Of a DNA stretch of 64,000 nucleotides, positions 12,666-25,914 are shown piece by piece (the stretch's first letter is position 1; every line of letters begins with the position of its first letter). Under the pieces are notes generated by a model. The model worked only from the letters and a program-made list of their open reading frames with translations. It had not been told where the DNA came from and ran no database searches. The stretch spans positions 2,831,520 through 2,895,519 of the forward strand of contig MU058844.1 in NCBI GenBank assembly GCA_013265495.1, given 5' to 3'. The stretch comes from Vicugna vicugna. Lineage: Eukaryota. The position numbers were made by a program, and so were the translations under genes.

Positions 12666-15049
12666 TTAAGTCATTACAGAGGTTATGAAAACTTTGACTA
12701 TATTTTAGACAACCTTGTAAATGAACTCAAATCCCATGGAATAAAAAGCCAATTCAGCATAAAATGATTTAAAAACAGCAAACCAATAAATAAATAGATA
12801 CTCTCTTCTGCCAGGCCAATATGAGTATGAAAATTTAGACAAGTGACAAAGACATATGCATGGCAGAGTTTCATCATGATGCTGTCAATCAGTTCTTTCA
12901 AATTCTGTGTCCATTCTTCTGTCCCTTCTGCTGCATCAACACGGACTTACCTTCTCCTTGGCTTCTAGAATTGTTCAGAAAATTCCCTGTCCTTTGGGTA
13001 AGGATGGTGTGGATGTTAGTTGTTGGTCTCCATTGAGTCAGATCATTGCCTTGGATACAGGAAGAAAGTTCCAGACCTACTGGCACATGATTTAGGTTTC
13101 CATGAATATTTATCTGTGGCTAATTGCCTCATAACGTCTCAGTGAAGTAGATCCTTTTATTCTGACTGATTTTATCCTCCTGATATTCACTACAGTAGAA
13201 AGGATCAAGAAGGAAAACATAATATGGAAAGCAGAACTGAGATAAGATCTATCTGGATTTTGTAGTTTCATTAGTATAGCAAGTGTCAGAAAACTCTAAG
13301 AAATTACTTACAAGATTAACCCTGAAAGCTTTTTATTCTAATACCTTCCCAGTGAAAGGATGGGAAAACACGTTAATACTATCACTGTGATAATAATCTA
13401 AAAATTTCAAAATAAACCTAGAGATTTATTTAGAAAATAACAATAGCAGAAATAATATTATTTTTTAAAGAACAAAAATACTTTCTTTTTCTAGAGTGAC
13501 CCAAACTCTAATTTCATGTCTGAAGTTCATAAAACTAATCACAGTGAATTCATTTAGCATGATTATGGGGTTCACTTCAGCTCTTCAGATGGAATTTTGT
13601 TCTATTGTAATTTTGTTCCAGAGCACTGTATCATTAAAGTGAAATATTAATGATGCTTTTATTAACAATTGTCAAGAAAATTATGGACAGGATTCCAAAA
13701 ATATAAAAGCTGCAATTGTTTTAGAAACCTACATTTTAAAAATGTACTATTCAAAGACATTCAACTTATTAAGAAAATAATGTATAACAACTCTCATTTA
13801 TCATGGGTATTTATTATTCCAAAATTACATAAATGCTAGGCTGAACCAAAGAGCAACAGTAAAACAATTTATATGAAAGATTAATTAGAATAGAATATTT
13901 CCCTTTAGAACAATTTTAAAGGAACTCTGTGTGTTGATGTTCATTTTAATTAGAATTTTCATTTCTTTAAAAAAAAGTACTACTTTTTTTCATAACTATG
14001 TCTGCTTTGAGAAAAAGATACTTTCAAATCACTGCTCTTTGGGGAATATTATAGTGTTTTTGGCTCCCAAAATGACTATGTGTAACCTAAACCACGAAAA
14101 TGTGTCTTGTTTTAAATTCCCATGGACAAAATTAGTATGAGTCCTGAACCACTGTTTCCTGTGGAAAATACTAGCCCACTACTGGGAATAAGTTTTCCCC
14201 TAAAAACTTGCTGGTATTATAGAGCAATTTTTACAATAGTACTGCTACTACTATTGCAAAGAGTTTTTGTTTTTGTTTGTTTGTCTATTATTTTGTGCCA
14301 CTATGGAATTCAATAAACTCTTTATCACCTTAGATTTTGAAAAATTTTATTTAAGGATATATTTCAATAAAAATAGACTAAGGAAAAGTTTGTGACAAAT
14401 ATTTCTTTCCTATCTTTATTTTTGTATTTCTTGTGCCTTTCTTTCTTTCTAAAAAACTAACATAGATTAATGCAATCAGTAGATACAGTAGGTAAGCCAC
14501 AATCATTGAAAAAGCTTTCATCTGGGAGAGAAGGTTGATATAGAACGTAGAAGAAAAACATATACTTGTCAACAAAGTCAAACTTTGTTAATTTTAATAT
14601 CCTTGACTTATCCAGAGTTCTTTTATCTGATAGCACATAACTCCAGAATACAGTTGGAATTGGTAAAAGAAAAAATCAAGTATCTTTAGATGTCATAAAA
14701 TTCTTTTATTTAATTTCACATATTGCATTCAAAGGGGATCATTTTAGGACTTTGATCATTCTGTTTCACCGCAGTCTATTTTCAAACTCAGATCAAATCA
14801 TCTTGCTTATCATGTTATTCAGGCTGTGGAGAATCCAAAGGGTGACTGGTGACAGCTTTCCTGTTGTACAAGTTAATAAAAAAGAGAAAAACTATAAAAA
14901 CAAATTTCTAAACTAAAAAATATGTTGGATGACCCAGTTGTAGACATTTTCAGTTCATGAAAATATCAAACTTGGATTAAATTGTATTAATATGGTATCA
15001 GAAAATTGTCAAAAAATTATGTTCAGTTTCTCATTTGAAGAGTACATGA

Positions 15050-16768
15050 AGTGATATCCTGAGATGGCTTGACCCTCCTGAAGGTAATGCTTCAAACTCT
15101 AGGCAAAATATGTATGTTTTTTAAATTACCTGAAAGTACTGAAGAAGGTTACAAAACAGGCAGATTCTAGAGGGAATTTGAAACTTGGAAGAATGGCTTA
15201 CAAGAAATAAGTTGCCTACTGTTAAAGGAGTTAGCATTTAAATGCCAAAGGGTACCTACAGTCTTTCTGGCCTGAAGTTTCAGACTATAGAATTTGAGGC
15301 AAAAAAAAAAAAAAGAAAGATCTTGGAAAATGAGGAGAAAATCCCAGAAAGAAGAGCTCTGGACAGATAGAGTTTCAAATTTTGTTTATAAATTAACCTA
15401 ATTATCTGACTGACCATCTATGCATGAACAGAACAGATTCAAAGCAGTCAAAGTTAAAAAAAAAAAAACCCAAAATTTAATGAACTGAAATTTGAAATGT
15501 CATCTACAAAATAAAATTTGTAGTTTGAGACCTAACAAGTCAATCGCCCACTAAGGTAAAATCTTTAACACTCTGTAAAAGAATAAATAAAAAATCCAAA
15601 ATCCCATAATGTAACAATCACACTATCTACATTACAATCCAAAATTATTTGATGTCAGATGATCTAGGAAAATGTGATCCATTTTCAATAGGAAAGACTA
15701 TCAAGACCAACCCTGAGATGACCAATGCTGAGTGAGGTAAAGGAAAATATGCTTGGAATGAAGAAATTTCTGCAGATAAATAGAAACCATATTAAAAGTG
15801 CAAATTCTAGAACTGAAAAATAATATCTGAAATAAAATATTAACTGAAGGGAATTAATAGCAGAATTAAGATGACAGAGAAAAGAGTGACTATGAAGATA
15901 GATAAACAGAAAATATTCAACCTGAAGAATATGAGGAGAAACATCTGAGAAAAGAAATTCAGAGAAATTCAGTGACTTGTGGAACAATAACAGAAGATCT
16001 AATACATGTGTAATTGGAGTTGCAGCAGGAAAAAAAAAGAATGTGACAAAACAAATATTTGAAAGTAGGATAACTAAAAGTTTCCAAACTTGAGGAAAAA
16101 CATAAATTTACAGATTAAGAAACTCAACAAATTACAAGTAGGAAAAATACAGAAAAATAAAATGACCAAGCATAATATTATAAACCTGCTGAAAACTAAG
16201 AACATTTTGAAAATAAACAGAGGAAAATAGCATCTTACATGCAAGGAAGCAACTGTGAAAAAGTTCCTGACTTCTTATGAAAAATCGTGGAGGCCAGAAG
16301 AAAGTGAAATGACTATCTTTAAAGTGATAAATAGAACAAAAGGCAACCCCAAATCATTTATCAAGTGATAATATTTTTCAAGAATGATAGTAAAGATGTT
16401 TTCATGTGAAAGGAAGCAAAGAAAATTTGTCACCAACAGACTTATACTATAGAAAATAAAGGAATATTTCAAGTTAAAAGAAAATTATCCCAGATGGAAA
16501 TTTGGATCATCAGGAAGGAAAGAAGAACAGCAGAAGTTTTAAGTGTCTGCAAAATGTAAAAGAGTATTTTTCTTTTAACTTCTTTAAAGTCATAAAATTA
16601 TCTTGTGTTCATAAAGTATGCAGGAGAACTATAACATAATGGTGGGAGAAAATTGACTCTCAAGACTGCATGTTTTCTACACGTCTTCCTAAAGTGTTAC
16701 AATATTAATTTTAAGTAAATTAAACAAACTTTGTACATTGCAATCTTTAGAGTGACCACTAAAACAAT
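15050..16768 (+). mobile_element. Old L1M 5' UTR and ORF1 remnant
   Basis: A-rich, with ORF1-like AAATTCTAGAACTGAAAAATAATATCTGAAATAAAA and TCTAATACATGTGTAATTGGAGTT; many stop codons. Confidence 0.75.
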
Positions 16769-17405
16769 AATCCTGCTCCTGGGCATATGTCCAGAGGGAA
16801 GTTTACCTTGAAAAGATACATGCACCCCAATGTTCATGGCAGCACTATTTACAATAGTCAAGACATAGAAACAACCTTAATGGCCATCGACAGATGACTG
16901 GATAAAAAAGGTGTGGTATATTTATATACTGGAATACTACTCAGCCATAAAAAATAATAAAATAATGCCATTTGCAGCAACATGGATGGACCTGGAGATT
17001 GTCATTCTAAGTAAACTAAGCCAGAAAGAGAAAGAAAAATACCATACGAATATCACTTACATGTGGAATCTAAAAAGACACAAATGAACTTATGTACAAA
17101 ACAGAAACAGACTCACAGACATAGAAAACAAACCTATAGTTACCAGGGGGGAAAGGAGGTGGGAAGGGATAAACTGGGCATTTGAGATTTGCAGATACTA
17201 ACTACTATATATAAAATAGATAAACAACAAGGTTATACTGTATAGCACAGGAAACTATATTCAATATCTTGTAGTAACCTATAATTAAAAAGAATATGAA
17301 AATGAATATATGTATGCATATGTATGACTGAACTATTATGCTGTACACCAGAAATTGACACAACATTGTAAACTGACTATACTTCAATAAATAAATAAAT
17401 AAAAT
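16769..17405 (+). mobile_element. Young lineage-specific (camelid-type) L1 3' end inserted in the old L1
   Basis: ORF2 C-terminal AAAGATACATGCACCCCAATGTTCAT, then GCCATTTGCAGCAACATGGATGGACCTGGAG, 3' UTR ...GACTATACTTCAATAAA and an (AAAT)n tail. Confidence 0.92.
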
Positions 17406-17499
17406 ATAGCTTGAAAAAAAACTAACATAAAAAGTGATAGCTAAACAAGACAAGAGATATATTAAGAAGTTCAAAAAAATAAGAAATAACAAAAGAAAG

Positions 17500-18281
17500 A
17501 AACAAAGGTACAGATGGACTTACAACAGAATTAAAACAAATCATATCAGTAATTGCATTAAATTATTATGGAATAAATACCCCAATTAAAAAGCAGACAC
17601 TGTTGGAATAGATCAAAACAGCAAAAGCCAAATAAATGCTATCAATAAGAGATGCACTTTAAATACAAAGAGAGGTCAAATAAATTTAATATTTGGCAAA
17701 AGATATACCATGAAAACAGTAAGCAAAAGATGGCTGTTTTGGCTGAATTTATATCAGACAGTAGTTAGCTTCAAGATAAAGAGTATTACCAGAGGAAACA
17801 AGGCCTCATCATAATAATAAACTGGTCAGTTCATCAAGGAGATAACAATCATATATGTGTAAGTACCTAATAATACAGCTTCAAAATGTACAAAGATAAA
17901 ATGGACAGAATGAAAATAAGGAATAATTTAACATCATAGATGATTTTAAGAACCCTTTCTCAATAATTGATAAAACAACAACAAAAATCAGTAAACACAT
18001 AGAGGATCTGAAGAGGCCATTAGCCAGCTTGACTTTATTGTTATTTATAGAACAGTATACCCTAGAATTGCAGGATACACCTTCTTTTCAAATGCACATG
18101 GTACATACATCCATGGAGATAGAAACATGTTGGATCATAAAGTGAGTCAAAAAAAGATGTAAAATGATTGAATTTGTTGAGAGCATTTTTTTTTACCACA
18201 ATGGAATTAAATGCAAAATTAATAATAAAAAATTAAAATAACCTCAAGCATTTTGAAATTAAAAAAACAAAAACACTTTTA
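17500..18281 (+). mobile_element. Old L1M ORF2 endonuclease-region remnant
   Basis: ATATCAGTAATTGCATTAAAT...CCAATTAAAAAGCAGA...AAGAGATGCACTTTAAATACAAAG...TTCTTTTCAAATGCACATGG. Confidence 0.8.
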
Positions 18282-18859
18282 ATTTTCTTGTTGGGACATA
18301 GTATTAGAGTTTTCTAAAAGCTCCTCACACAATTCTAATGTGCAGCAGGGCTGGGGTCTGGCTAAGAAACTAGTGAGGGGGGCTTGTGTGAAGGAGGGAA
18401 GGAAGAGGAAAGTAGGAAGGATGGCCTTCACTCTTGATGTGAGTGAAGTTGATAGTGATGGAAGTAATGTAATGATTAGATATTCTTAATGACCTGTTCA
18501 TTCAAGCTTTATGAACACATAGGTTTCATAGCAAAATTGTCATAGATATTAGAAGTTTCCATTTTTAAATAAAGGAATATCCAACAACCACATCATTTCT
18601 AATAAATATTTTTTCCAAAACCTTTTACTTCATCAGTAATTGTTTGATAATATTATATTTTATTTTTACTAAATTTTAACTTCTAAAAAAAAAACAAGAA
18701 TAACATGTATCCTATTAGGTTAAAGAAAATACATAAAAGTCCTTTAAATTAGTTCTCATTTCGTCAATGTTAATGAAATGTCTGTATTAAAAAATCCTGA
18801 TTTGCAAATAAAATGTCGTAGAATAAAAAATAAGTATATATTTAAAACCCTCCCTCTTA

Positions 18860-19201
18860 CTAATAGACTCAGTAGAGAGACGAGAGAGACTCCTTTCGTG
18901 GCTTGATGAAGTATGCTGCCATGATGGAGAAGCCCACTTGGGAAGGAACTGTGGATGACCTCTAAGAACCGTAGGTGGCCTTTAGTCACTGGGTGAAAAA
19001 TTGAAGCTCTCAGTCCTGCACCACAAACAACTGATTACTTCCAATAGCCGTGGGAGATTGGAAAAGGACCCTGAACTTCTGGAGAGAAATCAACTGTAGT
19101 CAATACCTAGAATGCAGCTTCCTGAGATACCAGGGAAAAGACTTGGTTAAGCTATGCTCAGACTCCTGATCCACAGAAACAGGGAGAAAGTAAATGCATT
19201 G
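18860..19201 (+). mobile_element. MaLR LTR (MLT1E/F/G-like), partial
   Basis: GGCTTGATGAAGTATGCTGCCATG...GGAAGGAACTG...CAGACTCCTGATCCACAGAAAC. Confidence 0.75.
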
Positions 19202-19232
19202 TCAGACAGACAAAAACTACAATTTAAAGATT

Positions 19233-20395
19233 TTCAAATAATCCATTGGTCAAAGAAATAATCAAAAGAAAAATTACAAAATATTTTGAACATAAGGATA
19301 TCAAAAACTGAGTGATAGACTTAAAACAGTGATGAGAGAAATTTACAATTGTAAATGCTTTTATTAATAAAGAAGACAGTTCTAAAAGCAATAATGTAAA
19401 ACTTCACCTTAAGAAGCTAGAAAAAAGAAGAGCATATAAACCAAAGTAAAAGGAAAGAAAGAATTCAGATTGGCAAAGAAATCGGTGAACAATAGAAAAA
19501 TAACAAATCCAAAATTTGATTATTTGAGAAGATTACAGATTCAATGTGCTCCTACTTAGACTAATCAAGATAGAAAAACAGAAAATGCATTCCCATATAA
19601 AGAATGAAAAAAAACCCATCACTGCAGATTCTACAGAAATTAGACGAAAAGTAAGAGTAGTATAATAAACACCTTTATGCCAACAAATTTGACAACTTAT
19701 ATGAAACATATTTACCAAAGTTGGCAAAACTTGAAATAGAAAATCTGATTACCCCGTTACCTATTAAAGATGAATTTTTATGAAAAATTCTCCTACAAAG
19801 AAAATTCCAGTCTTAGGTACTTTAAATGTTGAAACATTTAAGAAAGAAATATTATCAATTTCACACAAACAATATTAAATAATAGAAAAGGTAATACTTC
19901 TTAATGAAGAAACTATAAAAAAGAAAATTCTTTAACCCCCTCATGTATAGATGCAAAAACACTTAGCAAAATAGTAGCAGATTGAATGTAGCAACATATG
20001 AAAGGAGGCTACATCATGATGAAGTCGAGTTTATCCCAGGAATACAAAGTAGTTTTAACATTCACCAATTTCATTTACCATTTTAATATATTAAAAAGAG
20101 AAAAAAAAGACATGATTACCTCAATTATGCAGGGAAAAAATGACAAAATTTGACTTATCTTTATGATGAAACCTCTTCAGGCATGGGAGGGGAAATTCCT
20201 CAAACTGATTTTAAAAAAAGAAGAAAAAACTTATTGCTAACCTCATACTTAATGGTAAAAGATTGAATACTTTCTTCTTAAGTTTGGTAGTAATGCAAAA
20301 ACGCCTGCCTTCATCACTTGTATTTGACATTGTACTGGAAGTCCTAATAATTTTAATATGGAAATAAAATTAAAGTCATAAAGATTAGAAAAAAT
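19233..20395 (+). mobile_element. Old L1M ORF2 remnant, continuing into the RT region
   Basis: AAATAATCCATTGGTCAAAGAA...CACCTTAAGAAGCTAGAAAA...TTTATGCCAACAAATTTGACAACTT...TTTATCCCAGGAATACAAAG...CATTGTACTGGAAGTCCTA. Confidence 0.85.
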
Positions 20396-20429
20396 ATAAC
20401 ACCACCATGTAAAGTTTTACATAAAAATA

Positions 20430-20960
20430 GAACCACAACGTGTGTATTCTTGGTGTAAGGCTTCTGTGATTTAACGCAATGTTTTGAAATTCATTCATGT
20501 TGATGCATATATCAGTAATTTGTTCCTTTTTGTTTTGAAAAGTATTTCATCCTATGAATACCTAAAGTTTATTTATCCATCATTCTATTAATGGATGCAT
20601 TAGCTATTTCCAGATTTTTGGCTGTCGTGAATAAAGCTGATGCAGACATTATTGAACACATCTTTTTGTGAATATATTGTTTCATTTCTTATTTTTTGTG
20701 AGTGGACTTATTAGATCATAGGTTAAAGGTGTTTAGTTTCATGTGAAATCTTCTTCCAAAATTTATTGTACCATTTTACAGCAAAAACATATAAGATTTC
20801 TATCTGCTCCAAAATCTCACCAACATTTGAAATTGTCAGACTTCAATTTGTAGCCATTCTCGTGGATGTGTATCTCATTGTAGTTTTAATTTATTCTTCC
20901 AATGAATAATAATATACAGCACTTTTTAATGACCATTTGTTTATTTCTTTGGTGAAGAAG
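20430..20960 (-). mobile_element. L1 3' fragment in inverted orientation, nested in the + strand L1
   Basis: ATTCATTCATGTTGATGCATATATCAGTA...TTTATTTATCCATCATTCTATTAATGGA...TGAATAAAGCTG...CTCATTGTAGTTTTAATTT. Confidence 0.8.
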
Positions 20961-20964
20961 TCTC

Positions 20965-21580
20965 ATCAGATTTTTCTGTAGAAATTGATGAACTGATTGT
21001 ACAATACAAATACTAAAGACTTAAAATTTCCAAAGCAACCTTGAAAATATAAATAATATATGTCACAATGTAAGATATTTAATGCTAAATGTAAGTAATA
21101 TATGATAGAGAACAATTAGAAAATCTGCCTCTGTGTGGGTGAAGGTAAAAAATGAATGGGAAAGGACACAAGAAGACTTTCAGGGAAATGTCAGTAGTCT
21201 AGAACCTATGTGTTTGAGTTACACAGGTACATACATCAGTCAAAACTCAGCAAGCGTACAGTTGAGATTTACGCATTTTGGTGGACATAAATTTTACCAC
21301 AAAATAAAAATAAACTGCACTATAGATAATAATGTATATGCTGAAGTATTTGATAGAAAATATAATGATGTCTGCAATTTACTTCAAAATGAGTCAAATA
21401 TGAGATGCCTAAATGGTCAGGTGGAAGGAGGAATAGATGGATCAACACACGCTACAGCTCGTATCATAGAACATTAATAATAGAACCTATGTGGCAGGTA
21501 TAAGGATGGGTACTGAATTTCTATAAAAATTTTTCAACATTGCTGTAGATTTCAAAATTTTAGAAAACAAAGAGGGCAAG
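20965..21580 (+). mobile_element. L1M ORF2 piece plus L1ME-like 3' UTR
   Basis: GTAGAAATTGATGAACTGATT...CCAAAGCAACCTTGAAAA; then TCAAAACTCAGCAAGCGTACAGTTGAGATT and TCTGCAATTTACTTCAAAATG. Confidence 0.65.
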
Positions 21581-21889
21581 AAATGGAATAATACCTTTTT
21601 GAAGTATTTCAAATAAAATGCTAATTTGGCACTTAACACAGCCATCTTACATCTCTGTAAATTCATTGATGTAGAATGACTCATTTTCCTTTATTGCTGG
21701 ATAATTAAAGCTGTTTTTCTTTATTAAGTAGAGGATATTTTCAAGGAAATCTTTTTTATTTTCTTACTTTCTCCTTATTGAAGCATTGTCTTAAATAGAT
21801 TTAATTCCAAAATGGCTTTCAGTACAAAATGGCATATATGATGTGATCTGCTGCCCTACAGTGTGCATATTCAATAAAACATTTTCTGA

Positions 21890-22755
21890 ATATCTTTTTT
21901 TATATTCCTATAGAATTTGTAGTGATATTCCTTTTTTATATGTCATAATGGTTATTTGTACCTACTCTTTTTTCTTTTTAAGTCTTTCTTGGATTTTAAC
22001 AATTCATTAATCTTTTCAAAGAACGAAGTATTTCCTTTTTTTTTTTGTACTCACTAATGTACACACTTTCTTTTTATTTAATCAATTTATACTTTATCAT
22101 TATTATTTTCTGTCTTCAGTTTTCTGTGGGGAAGATAGTTATTTTTCTGCTCTTTTCCTCAGTTCTTGGGATGGATGCTTAGATAGTTTATTTTGGGCCT
22201 TTCTTTTTCTCTTATATCTGCATTTAGATCTGTGAGTTCCTCTAAGCTGTATCCCTCATGTTCTGGTGTCATATTTTCATTTCATTCAGTTCAAAGTATT
22301 CCACTGATTCCCTCCTTGCCCAGTGGGTTTTTTAAAAGTATACTGCTTGATTTTCAAATCATCCACTGTGGTCAGAACACATACTTTGTTTTATTTTAGG
22401 ACTTCAAAAATTGTTGAGACTTACATTTTATTTTATTGCTCAGTCTTTTTTTTTAACTATGCATATTTAGTTCAACGAAGTCAAAAGCTAACTACTATTT
22501 TAATCCCTATACCAAACAATGTAAAGATCACAGAATACTCTAAAGCTGGTCCACTCCCTGTGTATTTGCAATAATGTTGTTTTTATTATTTTAGTTTTCT
22601 ATTTTACCCCATGAACTATTTTTCATGTTTTGTATCAACACTGTACATTAAGGTTAGCTACATATTAGCCATTTTATTTGGTCATCATTTATTCCTTCAT
22701 TTTTGGTTGTCTTTCTGGGCTTTTATTTCTCTCTTTTTTGACATAATTTTCACAT
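21890..22755 (-). mobile_element. Old L1 fragments
   Basis: T-rich, with TAATCTTTTCAAAGAAC, TTTTCATTTCATTCAGTTCAAAGTATT and CACTGTGGTCAGAA. Confidence 0.6.
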
Positions 22756-23265
22756 TTTATTTTTTTAAATATATACATTTATTGAAATATAGTCAGTTTA
22801 CAATGTTGTGTCAATTTCTGGTATACAGCACAAGGCTTCGATCACACACGAACATATATATATTCATTTTCATATTCTTTTTTCACTGTAAGTTACTATA
22901 AGACATTGAATATAGTTTCCTGTGCTATACAGTATGAACTTGTTGTTTATCTATTATATATATATTAATTAGCATCTGCAAATCTTGAGCTCCCAATTTA
23001 TCCCTTCCTACCCACTTCTCACTCTGGTAACCAGAAGTTCGTTTTCTATGTCTGTGAGTCTCTTTCTGTTTTGTAAGTAAGTTTGTTTGTCTTTTTTTTT
23101 TTTTTTTTGGATCCACATATGAGTGATGTCATATGATATTTTTCTTTCTCTTTCTGGCATAGTTCACTTAGAATGACATTCTCCAGATCCATCCATGTTG
23201 CTGCAGATGGCATTATTTTTTATGGCTGAGTAGTATTCCATTGTATAAATATACCACTCTTCTTT
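22756..23265 (-). mobile_element. Young camelid-type L1 3' end
   Basis: TTGAAATATAGTCAGTTTACAATGTTGTGTCAATTTCTGGT...TCCATCCATGTTGCTGCAGATGGCATTATT is the reverse complement of the 16.9-17.4 kb element. Confidence 0.92.
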
Positions 23266-23359
23266 CTGAATTTATATTCTTTAAAATTCTTTTAGGACAA
23301 GTAATTGGTAGTGAAACCTTTCTGTTTTTATTCATGTGAAGGTGTAATATCTGTACTAC

Positions 23360-25780
23360 TTTGGGGCAGACAAACATGCCTTATGCAGAACCCAAGAAGC
23401 ACTCACCATAAATAAGACTGGCAAATTTGATTTGATTATAATTAGAAAATTTATCAAAGGCTTATCAAAAGACACTGCTGGATAAAAACATGGACAACAG
23501 AGTGTGTGAGAAAATATTTGCAATACATGTAACCAATAGAAATTAATACTCAAAGTATATTTTTAAAAGAGGAAAAAGCCTACAAATCAGGAAGGCAGAG
23601 ACTGTCCCAAAAGATACAACAGCACTTTCCAAAAGAACAGTAAGCACAAAAAAAGTTACTCCATCTCTCTTGGCATCAAGGAATATACATTAAAATTACA
23701 AAGAGATACTATTAAACTCCACAAAAATAGTGAAAAATTAAAAGAGGGACAATACTAATTGTTGGAAGTGATTTGGAGAAATTTGAAAACTTCTATAATC
23801 TTATGACTTGTGCAATTTTCTTTATATGAGTTCTACTCTAATATAATTTGTTATTTTTAAAATGCACAGTAACATTTCAACATAACTACTAAAAGATAGA
23901 CATATTGTGTACATATTTACACATACATACACACGTATTTTCAGAGGTTCAGTAGGGTTAGATGAGGTCATGAGGGTGGGGTCTTGGTCTAATGAGACTT
24001 ATGCCTTATAAGAAGAGATGTGTGTGTGAGTGTGTGTATTCTCTGATCTTTCAGGGAGAGGAATGTAATGATGTTAAAAATTTAATCAACCAGATAGTAT
24101 TTGGAAGGGGGGAGAAAAATTTCAATCTATAGTTTACTCCAAATACTAAAATTAGTTTCAAATGGATTAGAGTTATAAAAGTTGAGGGAAAAAGAAAAAG
24201 AAAACATAAAAGTTCCTGAAGAAAAAGATGAACAATTTCTTCTATAATCCAAAATAGAAAAAAATCTTCTTAAGTTTAATTCAAACCCAGAAGCAAAAAA
24301 AGATTAATTAAAGTTCTACAATTTATTGTTATTTTCCTTCAAGGGGAAAAACAGCATAAACAAACCAAAAACCAAATAATTAATTAAGGAAAAGATATCT
24401 GTAACTTGTGTCACAAACAAAACACTAATGATCCATTTTAAAAGCTCCTAAAAATGAAGAATAAAGAAATAAATAACCTAATATAAATATGGAGGAACAA
24501 TATGGACAGAAAGTTCAAAGAAGAAAAAAATGAAAATGATTCTTGAATATCTGAAAGGGTGGTCAATTTATAACAGAAAAATACAAATTAAACTGCGTCT
24601 AAGTTCCCATTTGTCACCATCAGATTGGCCAAAATCCAAGTTTAACAACCTCTGGGTTGGCCATGAGAAAAGTCACTAGCATCTACTTCTGCTTAAAATA
24701 TAAAATGATAAAACACTTGTGAAGGAGAATTTTTTAATATTAACTTATGTAGTTGTTAGTATTTGATTGTACTTTTATTCAACAATCTTGACCAAAAAAA
24801 CAAAGAAAGAAAGAAAGAAAAAACTTTTTACATACATTTATTGATTGCTGCATTATTTGTAATAGCAGACTATTGAAAACAATCTAAATGTCCATCGATG
24901 GAGAGCTGGCTCAATAAACTACAGTACATGCACACAATGATATTCTATAATACAGTAAAAAGTAATGAGATTGTTCTTTATTCCCTGATAAGATGTGATC
25001 TTCAAGGTGTATCATTAAGTGAAAAAAGCAAAAAGCCAGATGCAGAACTGTGTGTATAGTATGCTACGTTTTTTAAAATAAGGTGAGGAAATAGAATTTT
25101 CTGCATGGACATGCTTGTGTTGCTTATATTTGCAAAGGGATTTCCTACTAGAAAAACTCAAAACTGAAAGTTACCTCTAAGGACGAGAGGGAATAAAGGG
25201 TAAGAAGAGTAATAAAGACATTTCTTAATATACCTCACTATATAATTCTGTTTTGAAATTTTAAAAATGCTGGCACCTTCCAAAAATAATATGAACAACA
25301 AAGGAAAAAAGCAAACCCTGAAAACTAAAAACAAATGGCGATAAATGAACTTAACCATCTATCAAGTTGATGTCATAACTACACACAGAGATAATTATTT
25401 TATGACTTGGGAACACAGTATTTTGATTGCAGATCATTGATAGAATCAATTCTATGAACAAATAGAACTATAAAGAAATTTCACTTCATTGGTTTTGATA
25501 CAGTTTTATATGTAGTTAATAAGTGATTATATTAATGTTAAGAATGTTAAGAACAAAGATTTTCGGAATATTGAAAACAATCCGAATGTCCATAAGTAGA
25601 GAACTGACTGAATAAATAAACAATAATTTATTATAAATACAATTTATTTATAATTATACATAAAACATGGATGAATCATAGAAACACAATAATGAGTGAG
25701 TAAAAACTCAAGTCCCAGAAGATATATACAGTAAAATGTCATTTTTATAAAACCTGAAAGCAATTAAAACCAAAATATAT
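23360..25780 (+). mobile_element. Several old L1 (L1MC/ME-like) ORF2-end and 3' UTR fragments, with a short MLT1A-like piece at about 23950-24020
   Basis: GAGAAAATATTTGCAATACAT, CCATCAGATTGGCCAAAAT, GAAAACAATCTAAATGTCCATC; MaLR-like TTAGATGAGGTCATGAGGGTGGGG...CCTTATAAGAAGAGA. Confidence 0.7.
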
Positions 25781-25914
25781 GTTGTCAGGTTCTGAGATAG
25801 CTTCCAGTAAGCTTGGCCTCCTGGTGTCACGCCCCTGTAATCTCCTCCCCTGAGCATAGGCTGAATTTACTGATCTGCGTGCGTCTAGTGAATAGAATGC
25901 AGCTGAGGTGGCAG

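Noticed and set aside
15050..21050. Functional L1 ORF1/ORF2
   Set aside because: Riddled with stops, frameshifts and insertions; no long ORF in the track.
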